Origin: Shigella phage ESh21
Reading direction: 5' to 3' (one strand)
DNA: 64,000 nucleotides
Sequence record: ON528731
Positions 50,677 to 60,312 of this stretch are shown one piece after another; the stretch's first letter is position 1, and each line of letters begins with the position of its first letter. The notes under the pieces are model-generated. The model saw only the letters and a list, made by a program, of their open reading frames with translations, ran no database searches and was not told the DNA's origin. The position numbers were made by a program, and so were the translations under genes.

Positions 50677-52143
50677 ATGGCAGATATCACAGAAACACAA
50701 GAAAGCCTTCCTCCATTCAGAATGGGTGAGGTTGGGAGTCTTGGCCTTAAAGTTCGTTCAGGAAGAATCTATGAAGAACCTAGACAGGCTTTAAGATTCC
50801 CAGAAAGTATTAAGACTTTCCAACTTATGATGCGAGACCCAGCAGTAGCTGCATCTGTGAACATTATTAAAATGTTTGTCAGAAAGGTTAACTGGAGATT
50901 CGTACCACCGAAGGGTAAAGAGAAAGATGCGAAGCTAATTGAAAGAGCAGAGTTCTTCAACTCATTAATGAATGACATGGAGCATGATTGGGCTGACTTT
51001 ATTAACTCTGTTATGTCATTCTGTACTTATGGCTTCTGCGTAAATGAAAAGGTTTATAAGAAACGTCAAGGTAAGAAAGGTAAATATCCTTCCAAGTACA
51101 ATGATGGTTTAATTGGTTGGGCTAAGTTACCAATCAGAAATCAGTCAACACTGGATAAGTGGTATTTTGATGCTGACTACAGAAAAGTTACTGGAGTTAG
51201 ACAGAACCTGAGAAATGTCTCTTATATTACTGGTGCAATCAATCTTGCAGAACAACCATTGACAAGAAAACTCCCTAGAAGTAAATTCTTGCTATTCAAG
51301 TATGATGATGAATATGGAAACCCAGAGGGACGTTCACCACTCCTTAATGCTTATGTACCTTGGAAATATAAGGTTCAGATTGAAGAGTATGAAGCAGTTG
51401 GTGTATCAAGAGACTTAGTGGGTATGCCTAAGATTGGTCTTCCACCAGATTATCTGGATGAGAATGCAGAACCTGAAAAGAAAGCTTTCGTGAAGTATTG
51501 CAAAGATATCGTGAATGATTTAATTGCAAATGATAGAGCAGGTATTATCTGGCCTAGATTTATCGACCCAGAAACTAAAGAAGATATCTTTGAGTTCTCA
51601 TTAGTTTCTAGACAGGGTGCTAAGGCTTATGATACAGGTTCAATCATTGACAGATATTCTAAGCAGATTATGATGGCCTTTATGTCAGATGTTCTTGCTA
51701 TGGGACAATCAAAATATGGTTCATTCTCTTTGGCAGACTCTAAGACAAGCTTGTTAGCAATGTCTGTAGATATTCTTCTGAAGCAAATCAAGAACGTTAT
51801 TAACCGTGACCTAGTAGCACAGACTTACGCTCTGAATATGTGGGATGACGAAGAACACGTTGAGATTGTTTATGATGATATTGAAACTCCAGACCTAGAA
51901 GCTATTGGTGCTTATATTCAGAAGACCGTTGCAGTTGGGGCTATGGAAGTTGATAAGCCATTGTCTGATAAGTTAAGAGAACATATTGGTTTACCACCTG
52001 CTGATTCATCTAAACCTGTATCTGAAGAATTATCTCCTAACACTCAAAGTCGTTCTGGAGATGGTTATAAGACTGCTGGAGAGGGAACTGCTAAGACTCC
52101 TTCAGCAAAAGACCCAAGTACAGCTAACAAGGCAAACAAATAA
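50677..52143 (+). CDS. portal protein
   Basis: 488 aa immediately after terminase; position and size typical. Confidence 0.65.
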   Translation: MADITETQESLPPFRMGEVGSLGLKVRSGRIYEEPRQALRFPESIKTFQLMMRDPAVAASVNIIKMFVRKVNWRFVPPKGKEKDAKLIERAEFFNSLMNDMEHDWADFINSVMSFCTYGFCVNEKVYKKRQGKKGKYPSKYNDGLIGWAKLPIRNQSTLDKWYFDADYRKVTGVRQNLRNVSYITGAINLAEQPLTRKLPRSKFLLFKYDDEYGNPEGRSPLLNAYVPWKYKVQIEEYEAVGVSRDLVGMPKIGLPPDYLDENAEPEKKAFVKYCKDIVNDLIANDRAGIIWPRFIDPETKEDIFEFSLVSRQGAKAYDTGSIIDRYSKQIMMAFMSDVLAMGQSKYGSFSLADSKTSLLAMSVDILLKQIKNVINRDLVAQTYALNMWDDEEHVEIVYDDIETPDLEAIGAYIQKTVAVGAMEVDKPLSDKLREHIGLPPADSSKPVSEELSPNTQSRSGDGYKTAGEGTAKTPSAKDPSTANKANK

Positions 52144-52643
52144 TGGCAGAAGTTATCTCTATTTCAAATGCTACTAGAGTGCATTCCTATAGAGGTGTCT
52201 TAATTATCACTGATGATTTAACTATAGAGGCTGGCTCAAGAGTCAGCCTATCAGGGTATATTAGTGGTGGTGGAACCTCTGACGTTTTCACTATTTGCAG
52301 GTTACTTGATGCTCCAATGAACGGAAATCCGTTTATTTCAAACAATTGTAGCGAAATTGTTAAAATTCCATTTGACAGTTCATGCCTTTTGGGTGTAAAG
52401 TTATATAACTGTGAGAATAAACGTGTTAACGTTAATAGTGTTGAAGCTGCTTTCATTACCATTGATACAGCATTTCAATCTCCAATGACAGTAAACAAGT
52501 CTACTAACAGACTTGAATACATTTTTTCACAAAATGATTACAAAGTACTTGTCAAAGGTAAAGTTTATGATATGATTGTAAATGTGGTGGATGAATCTGG
52601 TAACCATTCAACAGTCCTTAAACAAAAAGTAAGGTTTAATTAA
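52143..52643 (+). CDS. hypothetical head-module protein
   Basis: 166 aa, ATGA coupling. Confidence 0.45.
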   Translation: MAEVISISNATRVHSYRGVLIITDDLTIEAGSRVSLSGYISGGGTSDVFTICRLLDAPMNGNPFISNNCSEIVKIPFDSSCLLGVKLYNCENKRVNVNSVEAAFITIDTAFQSPMTVNKSTNRLEYIFSQNDYKVLVKGKVYDMIVNVVDESGNHSTVLKQKVRFN

Positions 52644-52975
52644 TGGGAACATTAACTATTGATGGTAAGAATAAAATCCTAGCCACACTAACCCCGACGA
52701 CTATTGTATTACACAATGTAGACCCAACGGCAGACCCTACAGCAAATAAGGTTACTCAGCCAGTGGCTATCTTCTTTTCGGAACCTGATAATGGTCTAAT
52801 TGCCTCAGAAGATACGGTAAACATTACTGTTCCGGCTTCTGCAACGGTTTCACATTATAGCCTATGGGATGAGAATATCAAGTGCGTTGCAACAGGTACT
52901 TTGAGTAAACCTCAGTTCTTTGCTGAAGAAGGTATCTATGTTATCTCTTCAGTGTCCGTTGACTTAAACAAATAG
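52643..52975 (+). CDS. hypothetical head-module protein
   Basis: 110-aa ORF. Confidence 0.45.
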   Translation: MGTLTIDGKNKILATLTPTTIVLHNVDPTADPTANKVTQPVAIFFSEPDNGLIASEDTVNITVPASATVSHYSLWDENIKCVATGTLSKPQFFAEEGIYVISSVSVDLNK

Positions 52976-52986
52976 GGTGAGTAATA

Positions 52987-54324
52987 ATGAGTTCGAATAT
53001 CTTCAGGCTTGCTGATAGATTGTTCAACCAACCTTTACTAGCCACTGAATCATTAGCTCACTCAGCAGCGACTTATGTAAATAACCGCTTGCTAGGTGAA
53101 GTACAAGCAGCAGTAAACTTCGACAAACCTAAAGGTGAAGCAAGAAGTCTTTTAAAAGTTAAAGATGATATTGCTATCATCCCTATTATGGGTGGCCTAA
53201 CACATCGTATGACATTTATGGATGCTATGTGTACTGGTGGTCTGAGTTCTTATGAAGGTTTACGCAGAGGCTTCGACGAAGCTTTAGCAGATGAATCTAT
53301 TAAGACTATCGTACTGCATGTTGACTCAGGTGGTGGTGAAGCGTCAGGTTGCTTTGAGTTGGCACGTCACATCATGGCTTCAAGAGGCCAAAAGAAAATT
53401 ATCGCTTATGTAGATGAGTTCGCTTGTTCCGCTGCATATGCTCTTGCATCTTCTGCCGAAGAAATTATTTCATCACCAGACGCAGACGTTGGTTCAATCG
53501 GTGTAATTATGGTTCACCAAGAATTAACAAAGGCTTTTGAAAAGAATGGCGTTACAATTAACGTTATTAAAGCTGGTGAGTTTAAAGGTATGGGTTCTCC
53601 CTTCCAAGCACTTTCAGAAGAAAGCAAAGAAAGACTTCAAAAGAGAATTAATGACACCTATTCAACCTTTACAGGTTTTGTAGCTGAATCTCGTAATCTC
53701 TCTGAAGAAGCTGTAAAGAATACTGAGGCGAATGTTTATTCTGCTCAGGAAGCTCTTGAACTTGGTTTAATCAATTCAATCATGTCTCAAGATGATTTCT
53801 TAAATTACTTACAAGGTTCTGAAGAGGCTCCTGTAAGTTTAAACGTTGACAATTCAGGTGAAGAAATGACTGAACAAGAAAAGCAAGAACTAGAAGCTTT
53901 GCGTCTTCAGGTTGCTCAAATGAAAGCTAAAGAACAGGAAGCTACTCTGTCAGATTTAACTGGCAAGATTTCTGCTTCTGCTGAAGCTTTTGGGTTTGAT
54001 GCAAAAGAAGCTGCAACAGCTATTTTAGGTGCTGGTCTTGACAACCCTCTGAGTGTTCTGTTTATGAATGCTATGGAAGGTGCTAACCAGAAACTTAATG
54101 AAACTATCGCGTCCCATGCTTCTGCAATGTCTGAGAAGGACTCAGAAATCACTAAGCTGAAAGAAACTGCTGGTGCTGTTCTGGAACATTCTACAGCAAT
54201 GGAAGAAATTGGCAATAACGGTGAAGCAGATTTGGAAGAAGAACAAGAAGCTCCAAATGCTGATGCAAACACCGACCAACGCAAACTGGCTCTCCAGAAT
54301 GCTTTGAAATCTCTTATCAAATAA
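52987..54324 (+). CDS. prohead protease (S49/ClpP-like) fused to scaffold-like coiled-coil C-terminus
   Basis: N-terminal half resembles signal-peptide-peptidase/ClpP fold motifs (IVLHVDSGGGEASG, SSPDADVGSIGV); C-terminal half E/A/K-rich helical. Confidence 0.65.
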   Translation: MSSNIFRLADRLFNQPLLATESLAHSAATYVNNRLLGEVQAAVNFDKPKGEARSLLKVKDDIAIIPIMGGLTHRMTFMDAMCTGGLSSYEGLRRGFDEALADESIKTIVLHVDSGGGEASGCFELARHIMASRGQKKIIAYVDEFACSAAYALASSAEEIISSPDADVGSIGVIMVHQELTKAFEKNGVTINVIKAGEFKGMGSPFQALSEESKERLQKRINDTYSTFTGFVAESRNLSEEAVKNTEANVYSAQEALELGLINSIMSQDDFLNYLQGSEEAPVSLNVDNSGEEMTEQEKQELEALRLQVAQMKAKEQEATLSDLTGKISASAEAFGFDAKEAATAILGAGLDNPLSVLFMNAMEGANQKLNETIASHASAMSEKDSEITKLKETAGAVLEHSTAMEEIGNNGEADLEEEQEAPNADANTDQRKLALQNALKSLIK

Positions 54325-54336
54325 GGAACACAAATA

Positions 54337-54714
54337 ATGGCATATCAAGGTTTTACTAAATTAGGTGAAAGAGAACCTCTGAATGATATCATTCTATGGG
54401 AACAGATTACACCAACTGGTCACTCTCGTAAAGAGTATGCTCCTGTAGCCAGCACAGAATACCGTGTAGGTGAAGTTCTGAAAGCTGACGGCTCTAAAGT
54501 AGCTGCTGGTCAAGAAGCTCAGGCTGACTCTGTTTGTATCGTAAACTTCTATGCAGACCTGCAACTGTCTTACCACGGTCAGTTGAAAGTTGTTGGCATT
54601 TACCGTGACGCTGAACTGAAGGACATGCTTACACTGGAAGACAGTGTTGATGCTGCTGCTGTTAAGTCTGCCCTGAAAGCAAAAGGTATTGATTTCGTAC
54701 CAACTGGCCTGTAA
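54337..54714 (+). CDS. head decoration protein (lambda gpD-like)
   Basis: 125 aa between protease and major capsid protein. Confidence 0.5.
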   Translation: MAYQGFTKLGEREPLNDIILWEQITPTGHSRKEYAPVASTEYRVGEVLKADGSKVAAGQEAQADSVCIVNFYADLQLSYHGQLKVVGIYRDAELKDMLTLEDSVDAAAVKSALKAKGIDFVPTGL

Positions 54715-54745
54715 TTAATAATAAGACATTCTGGAGAATTTTATA

Positions 54746-55852
54746 ATGGCATTAACTAATTCTGAAAAAAGCAGATTTTTCCTTGCTGACCTGACTGGTG
54801 AAGTCCAGTCTATCCCAAATACTTACGGTTATATTTCCGGTTTGGGACTGTTCCGTTCTGCTCCACAGACTCAAACTACTTTCCTGATGGACTTGACAGA
54901 TTGGGATATCAGCTTGCTTGACGCTGTAGACCGCACTAGCCGTAAAGCTGAAACAAGTGCTCCTGAACGTGTTAAGCAGATTAGCTTCCCAATGATGTAC
55001 TTCAAGGAAGTTGAAAGCATCACTCCTGACGAAATTCAGGGTGTACGTCAGCCAGGCACTGCAAATGAACTGACTACTGAAGCAGTTGTACGTGCTAAGA
55101 AGCTGATGAAGATTCGTACCAAGTTCGATATTACTCGTGAGTTCTTGTTCATGCAAGCCCTGAAGGGTAAAGTAATTGACGCTAACGGTGTTCTGTACGC
55201 AGACCTGTACAAGCAGTTCGATGTAACTAAGAAGACTATCTACTTCGACCTTGACAACCCGAACTCTGATATCGATGCGCACATTGAAGACCTGCGTATG
55301 CACATGGAAGACGAAGCTAAGACAGGTACTGTAATTAACGGTGAAGAAATTCACATCGTTGTTGACAGAACTTTCTTCAGCAAACTTACCAAGCATCCGA
55401 AGATTCGTGACGCATATCTTGCACAGCAGACTCCTCTTGCTTGGCAGCAGATTACTGGTTCTCTAAGAACTGGTGGTTCTGATGGTGTTCAGGCTCATAT
55501 GAACACATTCTACTACGGTGGTGTTAAGTTTGTCCAGTACAACGGTAAGTTCAAAGACAAGCGTAACAAGACTCACACTCTGGTGAGCATTGACGGTGTG
55601 TCCGATGTTAATATCGGTGTAGGTCACGCTTTCCCTAACGTTGCAATGCTGGGTGAAGCAAACAACATCTTTGAAGTGGCTTATGCTCCATGTCCTAAGA
55701 TGGGTTACGCAAACACTCTTGGTCAGGAACTGTACGTATTCGAATATGAAAAAGACCGTGACGAAGGTATTGACTTCGAAGCTCACTCTTACATGCTTCC
55801 ATACTGCACACGTCCTCAGTTACTGGTTGACGTTCGTTCAGATGCTGCTTAA
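54746..55852 (+). CDS. major capsid protein (lambda gpE-like/HK97 fold)
   Basis: 368 aa, high-expression codon usage, position after protease and decoration genes. Confidence 0.7.
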   Translation: MALTNSEKSRFFLADLTGEVQSIPNTYGYISGLGLFRSAPQTQTTFLMDLTDWDISLLDAVDRTSRKAETSAPERVKQISFPMMYFKEVESITPDEIQGVRQPGTANELTTEAVVRAKKLMKIRTKFDITREFLFMQALKGKVIDANGVLYADLYKQFDVTKKTIYFDLDNPNSDIDAHIEDLRMHMEDEAKTGTVINGEEIHIVVDRTFFSKLTKHPKIRDAYLAQQTPLAWQQITGSLRTGGSDGVQAHMNTFYYGGVKFVQYNGKFKDKRNKTHTLVSIDGVSDVNIGVGHAFPNVAMLGEANNIFEVAYAPCPKMGYANTLGQELYVFEYEKDRDEGIDFEAHSYMLPYCTRPQLLVDVRSDAA

Positions 55853-55873
55853 TACAGATAAGGAGGGTTATTA

Positions 55874-56323
55874 ATGTGTTACACAGGCGACCCAGCCAAT
55901 AACCCTCTTGATAGAGTTAGAATCCTCTGCACCGATACTGACAATAACGAATTACTTATTGAACAGTCGGTGCTTGAGTGGTTCTACCAAGAATCTGGAA
56001 AGGATGAAAAGAAAGCAGCCATCAAAGCTCTTAAATATTTACTCTTTCAAGTAGCCAAGATGGGAGATGAGAAAGTTGGTGGTGTTTATTTACGTAACTC
56101 TTCCAGATTCAAATCTCTAAAAGCTGCATATGACGACCTAGTTAAAAGCTCTGTTAATGGAATCCCTTATGCGGGAGGTATTAATCAGTGCGACATTGAT
56201 ATGCGTCGTCAAAATCCTTGCTCTGTCAAGAAATATACTGAATACGGTGATGCTGCACGTTATTATGGTAGAGATTACTGTGAACGTGTGAATGGTGTAT
56301 TTGTTATCGAGCGAGATGAATAA
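55874..56323 (+). CDS. head completion / neck protein candidate
   Basis: 149 aa, position. Confidence 0.4.
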   Translation: MCYTGDPANNPLDRVRILCTDTDNNELLIEQSVLEWFYQESGKDEKKAAIKALKYLLFQVAKMGDEKVGGVYLRNSSRFKSLKAAYDDLVKSSVNGIPYAGGINQCDIDMRRQNPCSVKKYTEYGDAARYYGRDYCERVNGVFVIERDE

Positions 56324-56805
56324 TGGTTAAAAGGGTTATTCACCCCGCTAGAGCTAAATTAGTCGGGGCTATGAAGAACTTGCATACGGCTAATGCTCAA
56401 GTTGGGTATTTTCAAGAACAAGGTCAACATAGCTCTGGTTTTTCTTATCCTGCTTTAATGTATTTACACGAAGTTATTGGGGTTCCCTCTGCTTCTGGTA
56501 AAGTTTATCGTAGGCTGTTTGAAATTACTATGATGTTATCTCAACAGACCTTGTTAGAGCAGACTAAGAAGAATCTCTATAAGCAATTAAACAGTCTTAA
56601 TACTGACCCCTCAGATACTTTAGAAGCGTTTGCAAAGAGTGCTCAGAAAGCAATTAAAAGAGGTTTTGGTAATACGGCTATATTGCCTCCTAACGCTCCA
56701 TCTACAGTTAAAAAGAAAGGCTTTAATGCCCCTCTTGTGGAAACTGGAGATTTACGAGATAACCTTGCTTATAAAATTTCTACAAAGAAAGGTATTAAGA
56801 AATGA
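56323..56805 (+). CDS. head-tail connector candidate
   Basis: 160 aa, position. Confidence 0.4.
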   Translation: MVKRVIHPARAKLVGAMKNLHTANAQVGYFQEQGQHSSGFSYPALMYLHEVIGVPSASGKVYRRLFEITMMLSQQTLLEQTKKNLYKQLNSLNTDPSDTLEAFAKSAQKAIKRGFGNTAILPPNAPSTVKKKGFNAPLVETGDLRDNLAYKISTKKGIKK

Positions 56806-57203
56806 GGCTCTTGAACAGACACAGTTTTGTAGTTAAACGTAAGGTCTCTGAAGATGGTTATTACAATAACGATGGTGATTGGGTAGCTTCTCAGGATATT
56901 GTAGCAATTAACTGCAAAGGTAATATTCAACCTTATATCAAGGGTTCTGTAAAGAATGGTACTCAGATTGTTTTACCTGAAGGTATCAGATTAACAGATA
57001 CAAGAATCCTTTTCACTGTAGCTAAATTAAGAACGTCTGATGACGTTGATTGGACTGAATCTGACATTGTTATGATTGATGGACACGAATACGAAGTCTT
57101 CATGACGATGGATTGGTCTGAACAATTAGCTCACACATCCCATTATGAATATATCATCATTAGAAGGGATAAGATGAATGCAGTTAGAAACAGCAGAACT
57201 TGA
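56802..57203 (+). CDS. neck/tail completion candidate
   Basis: 133 aa, position. Confidence 0.4.
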   Translation: MRLLNRHSFVVKRKVSEDGYYNNDGDWVASQDIVAINCKGNIQPYIKGSVKNGTQIVLPEGIRLTDTRILFTVAKLRTSDDVDWTESDIVMIDGHEYEVFMTMDWSEQLAHTSHYEYIIIRRDKMNAVRNSRT

Positions 57204-57777
57204 AAAGGGGATTGTTAGAACTTTGGTAGATGTTATTGGTCACCGTTTAGCAAGAGATAAGAATAACAGACCAAACGTTATTAGGGCTTACCCTTCTGAC
57301 AATTCTAATGACAAAGGTTTAAAACCTGACCAGCCATTTATTACGGTTTATTGTCAAGATGCTACCACTCCTTATGGATGGGTTCTTGATAAGTTTGTGG
57401 AAGACGATGTAGTTTGTTACAGAATTGCTTTTCAGATTCCAGTATTAATTACCGTGAATGGTAAAGGTGCTCACAGTATTATGCTGGAGCTAAAACAAAG
57501 ATTAGAGATGAGTACGACAAGAGATTTATTAGCTCAAGAGACAGGTGCTTCAGTACTTGACACAGGGGCTATCCCAAATGACTACACTTATCTCAACACA
57601 GACTTTGAAAATTCTGCACCTCTTGTTGTAACCCTTGTAAAAAATTCAGTATTAAAAGATGAACATGGAAGTATTATTGAACATGTCATTGTGGATGGTG
57701 AATTAGTTTACGAGGAAGGACAGGAGCCACCAGAATATACTATCCATCTAGATGTAGACTCCAAAGGGGTAAAATAA
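57178..57777 (+). CDS. tail completion candidate
   Basis: 199 aa, position. Confidence 0.4.
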   Translation: MQLETAELEKGIVRTLVDVIGHRLARDKNNRPNVIRAYPSDNSNDKGLKPDQPFITVYCQDATTPYGWVLDKFVEDDVVCYRIAFQIPVLITVNGKGAHSIMLELKQRLEMSTTRDLLAQETGASVLDTGAIPNDYTYLNTDFENSAPLVVTLVKNSVLKDEHGSIIEHVIVDGELVYEEGQEPPEYTIHLDVDSKGVK

Positions 57778-59130
57778 ATGTGGAATCCAATTGTTAATGT
57801 AGATATTACATTGAACACAGCAGGGACTACAAGAGAAGGTTTTGGTTTACCATTATTCCTTGCTTCAACAGATAACTTTGAAGAAAGAATCCGTGGTTAT
57901 ACTTCATTAACAGAAGTGGCTGAAGACTTTGATGAAAGTACTGCTGCATATAAAGCTGCAAAACAGCTATGGAGCCAAACTCCAAAAGTAACTCAACTGT
58001 ATATTGGTAGAAGAACTATGCAATATACAGTTTCTATTCCTGATACAGTTGCTGAAGGAAGTGAATATTCATTAACAGTTGCTATTGGTGGTGGTGTTTC
58101 TCAGCCATTCCAATACACTGCAAAAGAAAGTGACACAGCACTTATTGTCTTGAGTGAGTTTAAATCACAGATTGAAGCAAGCCCAACAATTAAAAATAGT
58201 GTGAATGTTAGTGTAACAGGTACTGGTGCTTCTGCGACGATGATTATTACTAAAGCTGGTGATAATGATTTCGTAAAAGTAACATCTATCACGGCTACAA
58301 CATCTATTGCAGCTACAACTGCTGACACAGCTTCCGCTGCTCTGGCGTCCATCGAAACTTATTCAACAGATTGGTACTTCATCTCAGCAGAAGACAGAAC
58401 TCAACAGTTTGTCTTGGCAATGGCTTCAGAGATTCAGGCTCGTAAGAAGATTTTCTTCACAGCTAATGCTGACGTTAAAGCTTTGCAAGGAACTGAATTA
58501 ACCTCTGCAACCGATGTTCCGGCACAGTTAGCTAAAAATAGGTACACTCGTACAGTTTGCTTGTGGCATCACACATCTGAGTATGACTACCCAGAAATGG
58601 CTTACATCGCATATGGAGCACCATATGATGCAGGTTCAATTGCTTGGGGTAATGCTCAATTAACTGGTGTTGCAGCATCTCTACAACCTGCTAACCGTAG
58701 ACCACTGACAAGTATTCAGAAGTCAGCTTTGGATACTCGTAACTGTAACTTCATTGACCTTGATGGTGGAGTTCCTGTAGTGCGTAGGGGTATCACTTCT
58801 GGTGGTGAATGGATTGATATTGTACGTGGTGTTGATTGGCTTGAATCTGATTTGAAAACATCTCTAAGAGACTTGCTAATTAACCAGAAGGGTGGTAAGA
58901 TTACTTATGATGATACTGGTATTACCCGTATTCGTCAAGTCATTGAAACCTCTCTACAAAGAGCAGTTAACAGAAACTTCCTGTCATCTTACACAGTTAA
59001 TGTTCCTAAAGCCTCTCAAGTTGCTTTGGCAGATAAGAAAGCTCGTATCCTGAAAGATGTTACCTTCGCAGGTATCTTAGCAGGGGCTATCTTGGATGTT
59101 GACTTGAAAGGTACAGTGGCTTACGAATAA
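57778..59130 (+). CDS. tail sheath protein
   Basis: 450 aa followed by 148-aa tube-like gene, chaperone pair and tape measure (myovirus order). Confidence 0.55.
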   Translation: MWNPIVNVDITLNTAGTTREGFGLPLFLASTDNFEERIRGYTSLTEVAEDFDESTAAYKAAKQLWSQTPKVTQLYIGRRTMQYTVSIPDTVAEGSEYSLTVAIGGGVSQPFQYTAKESDTALIVLSEFKSQIEASPTIKNSVNVSVTGTGASATMIITKAGDNDFVKVTSITATTSIAATTADTASAALASIETYSTDWYFISAEDRTQQFVLAMASEIQARKKIFFTANADVKALQGTELTSATDVPAQLAKNRYTRTVCLWHHTSEYDYPEMAYIAYGAPYDAGSIAWGNAQLTGVAASLQPANRRPLTSIQKSALDTRNCNFIDLDGGVPVVRRGITSGGEWIDIVRGVDWLESDLKTSLRDLLINQKGGKITYDDTGITRIRQVIETSLQRAVNRNFLSSYTVNVPKASQVALADKKARILKDVTFAGILAGAILDVDLKGTVAYE

Positions 59131-59145
59131 TAGAGGTAAATTGGA

Positions 59146-59592
59146 ATGGCTATGTATCAGCAATATTCCCCTAAAGACGTTGTATGTAGCTGGAACGGCA
59201 TTGCTATCGAAGGCTTTGCCCCAGACTCATTCTTGCGTCTACAGAGAACATCACCACTTGTTACACCAGTTGTAGGTGCAGGTGGTCAAGTAGCTCTGAC
59301 AAGAAATGCAGATAAGACAGGTACTATTGAGATTGAGCTAATGCAGACTTCTCTCTCTAACCAGATGCTTTCTGCAATTCAAGCTAAACAAGATGACATG
59401 GAACTTGAAGAAGATATCTCATCTAACTTTGTAATTTATGACCCATCTGGTTCAGTTCTGGCAACAGGTATCAATGCTTGGTTGCAAGAGCTTCCACAGA
59501 TTGAATTAGGTCGTGACCAGAACTCGAAAACTTGGATTTTCGGTTGTGAGAAGTTAGATTACACTTCAACAATCCCTGCATCAAGCGTTTAA
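59146..59592 (+). CDS. tail tube protein
   Basis: 148 aa between sheath and chaperone genes. Confidence 0.55.
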   Translation: MAMYQQYSPKDVVCSWNGIAIEGFAPDSFLRLQRTSPLVTPVVGAGGQVALTRNADKTGTIEIELMQTSLSNQMLSAIQAKQDDMELEEDISSNFVIYDPSGSVLATGINAWLQELPQIELGRDQNSKTWIFGCEKLDYTSTIPASSV

Positions 59593-59603
59593 CAAATCCT
59601 AAT

Positions 59604-59645
59604 AAGGGGGAGACTGTAAAAGGTCTTCCCCTTTTGTGTTTTTAT
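59604..59645 (+). terminator. hairpin (attenuator-type terminator)
   Basis: AAGGGGGAGACT...GTCTTCCCCCTT + TTTTGTGTTTTT. Confidence 0.5.
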
Positions 59646-59668
59646 AGCATAACTTTTAAGGAATCACA

Positions 59669-60076
59669 ATGAAGACTGAAACAAAACATATTAATGGTAA
59701 GAAGGTGACGATTATCCTTCTTGGTGCAAGAGATGGTATCAAAATTTCTATGAAGCTTGGTAAGGTCGTTGTACCCACCTTTGCTCAGATGATTACCAGT
59801 CTTGCTGGTAAAGATGAGAATCCAGAAGCTCCTAAAGTTCCTTTCAAAGAACTGGTAGAAGCTTGCTTTGACAGAATTGATGAGTTAGATATTGACTCAA
59901 TGGCAGAATTACTATTTCAGGGGGCAACTGTTGATGACTTCCCACTGAAAATTGATAGTTACTTCCAAGCAAACTACGGTGAATTTATTGACTTCTTAGC
60001 CTTTGCTTTGGAGGCAAACTTCGGAAGTTTTTTCGAGGCAAGCATTTTCAAAAGCCTAACTTCTCAGGAAGCTTAA
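59669..60076 (+). CDS. tail assembly chaperone (G-like)
   Basis: 135 aa; contains slippery heptamer near 3' end. Confidence 0.55.
   Translation: MKTETKHINGKKVTIILLGARDGIKISMKLGKVVVPTFAQMITSLAGKDENPEAPKVPFKELVEACFDRIDELDIDSMAELLFQGATVDDFPLKIDSYFQANYGEFIDFLAFALEANFGSFFEASIFKSLTSQEA
60028..60034 (+). other. programmed -1 ribosomal frameshift site (T TTT TTC)
   Basis: X XXY YYZ heptamer in zero frame of 59669..60076; -1 frame is open from 60031 to 60312. Confidence 0.55.
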
Positions 60077-60084
60077 AGTATGTT

Positions 60085-60312
60085 ATGCAGACCCCGCTGA
60101 CTGACGGGGCTGTAGAATCAACTTATGAAGAAGCAGATGAGATGAAATTTGTGCTTGCCATTTATGGAATGGAAGGGTGTAAAGAAACACTCGACCAACT
60201 TTTCTCAATGACTTTCGTTGACCTATTATCTCTTCGTCAATATCTGGAAATCCAGAAGTCATACAAAGAAGAAATGGCCTATAACGAACTCAGAAAGGCA
60301 GGTAAAATTTAA
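60085..60312 (+). CDS. tail assembly chaperone frameshift extension (GT-like, T part)
   Basis: 75-aa ORF in -1 frame relative to upstream chaperone; likely expressed as fusion via frameshift. Confidence 0.45.
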   Translation: MQTPLTDGAVESTYEEADEMKFVLAIYGMEGCKETLDQLFSMTFVDLLSLRQYLEIQKSYKEEMAYNELRKAGKI

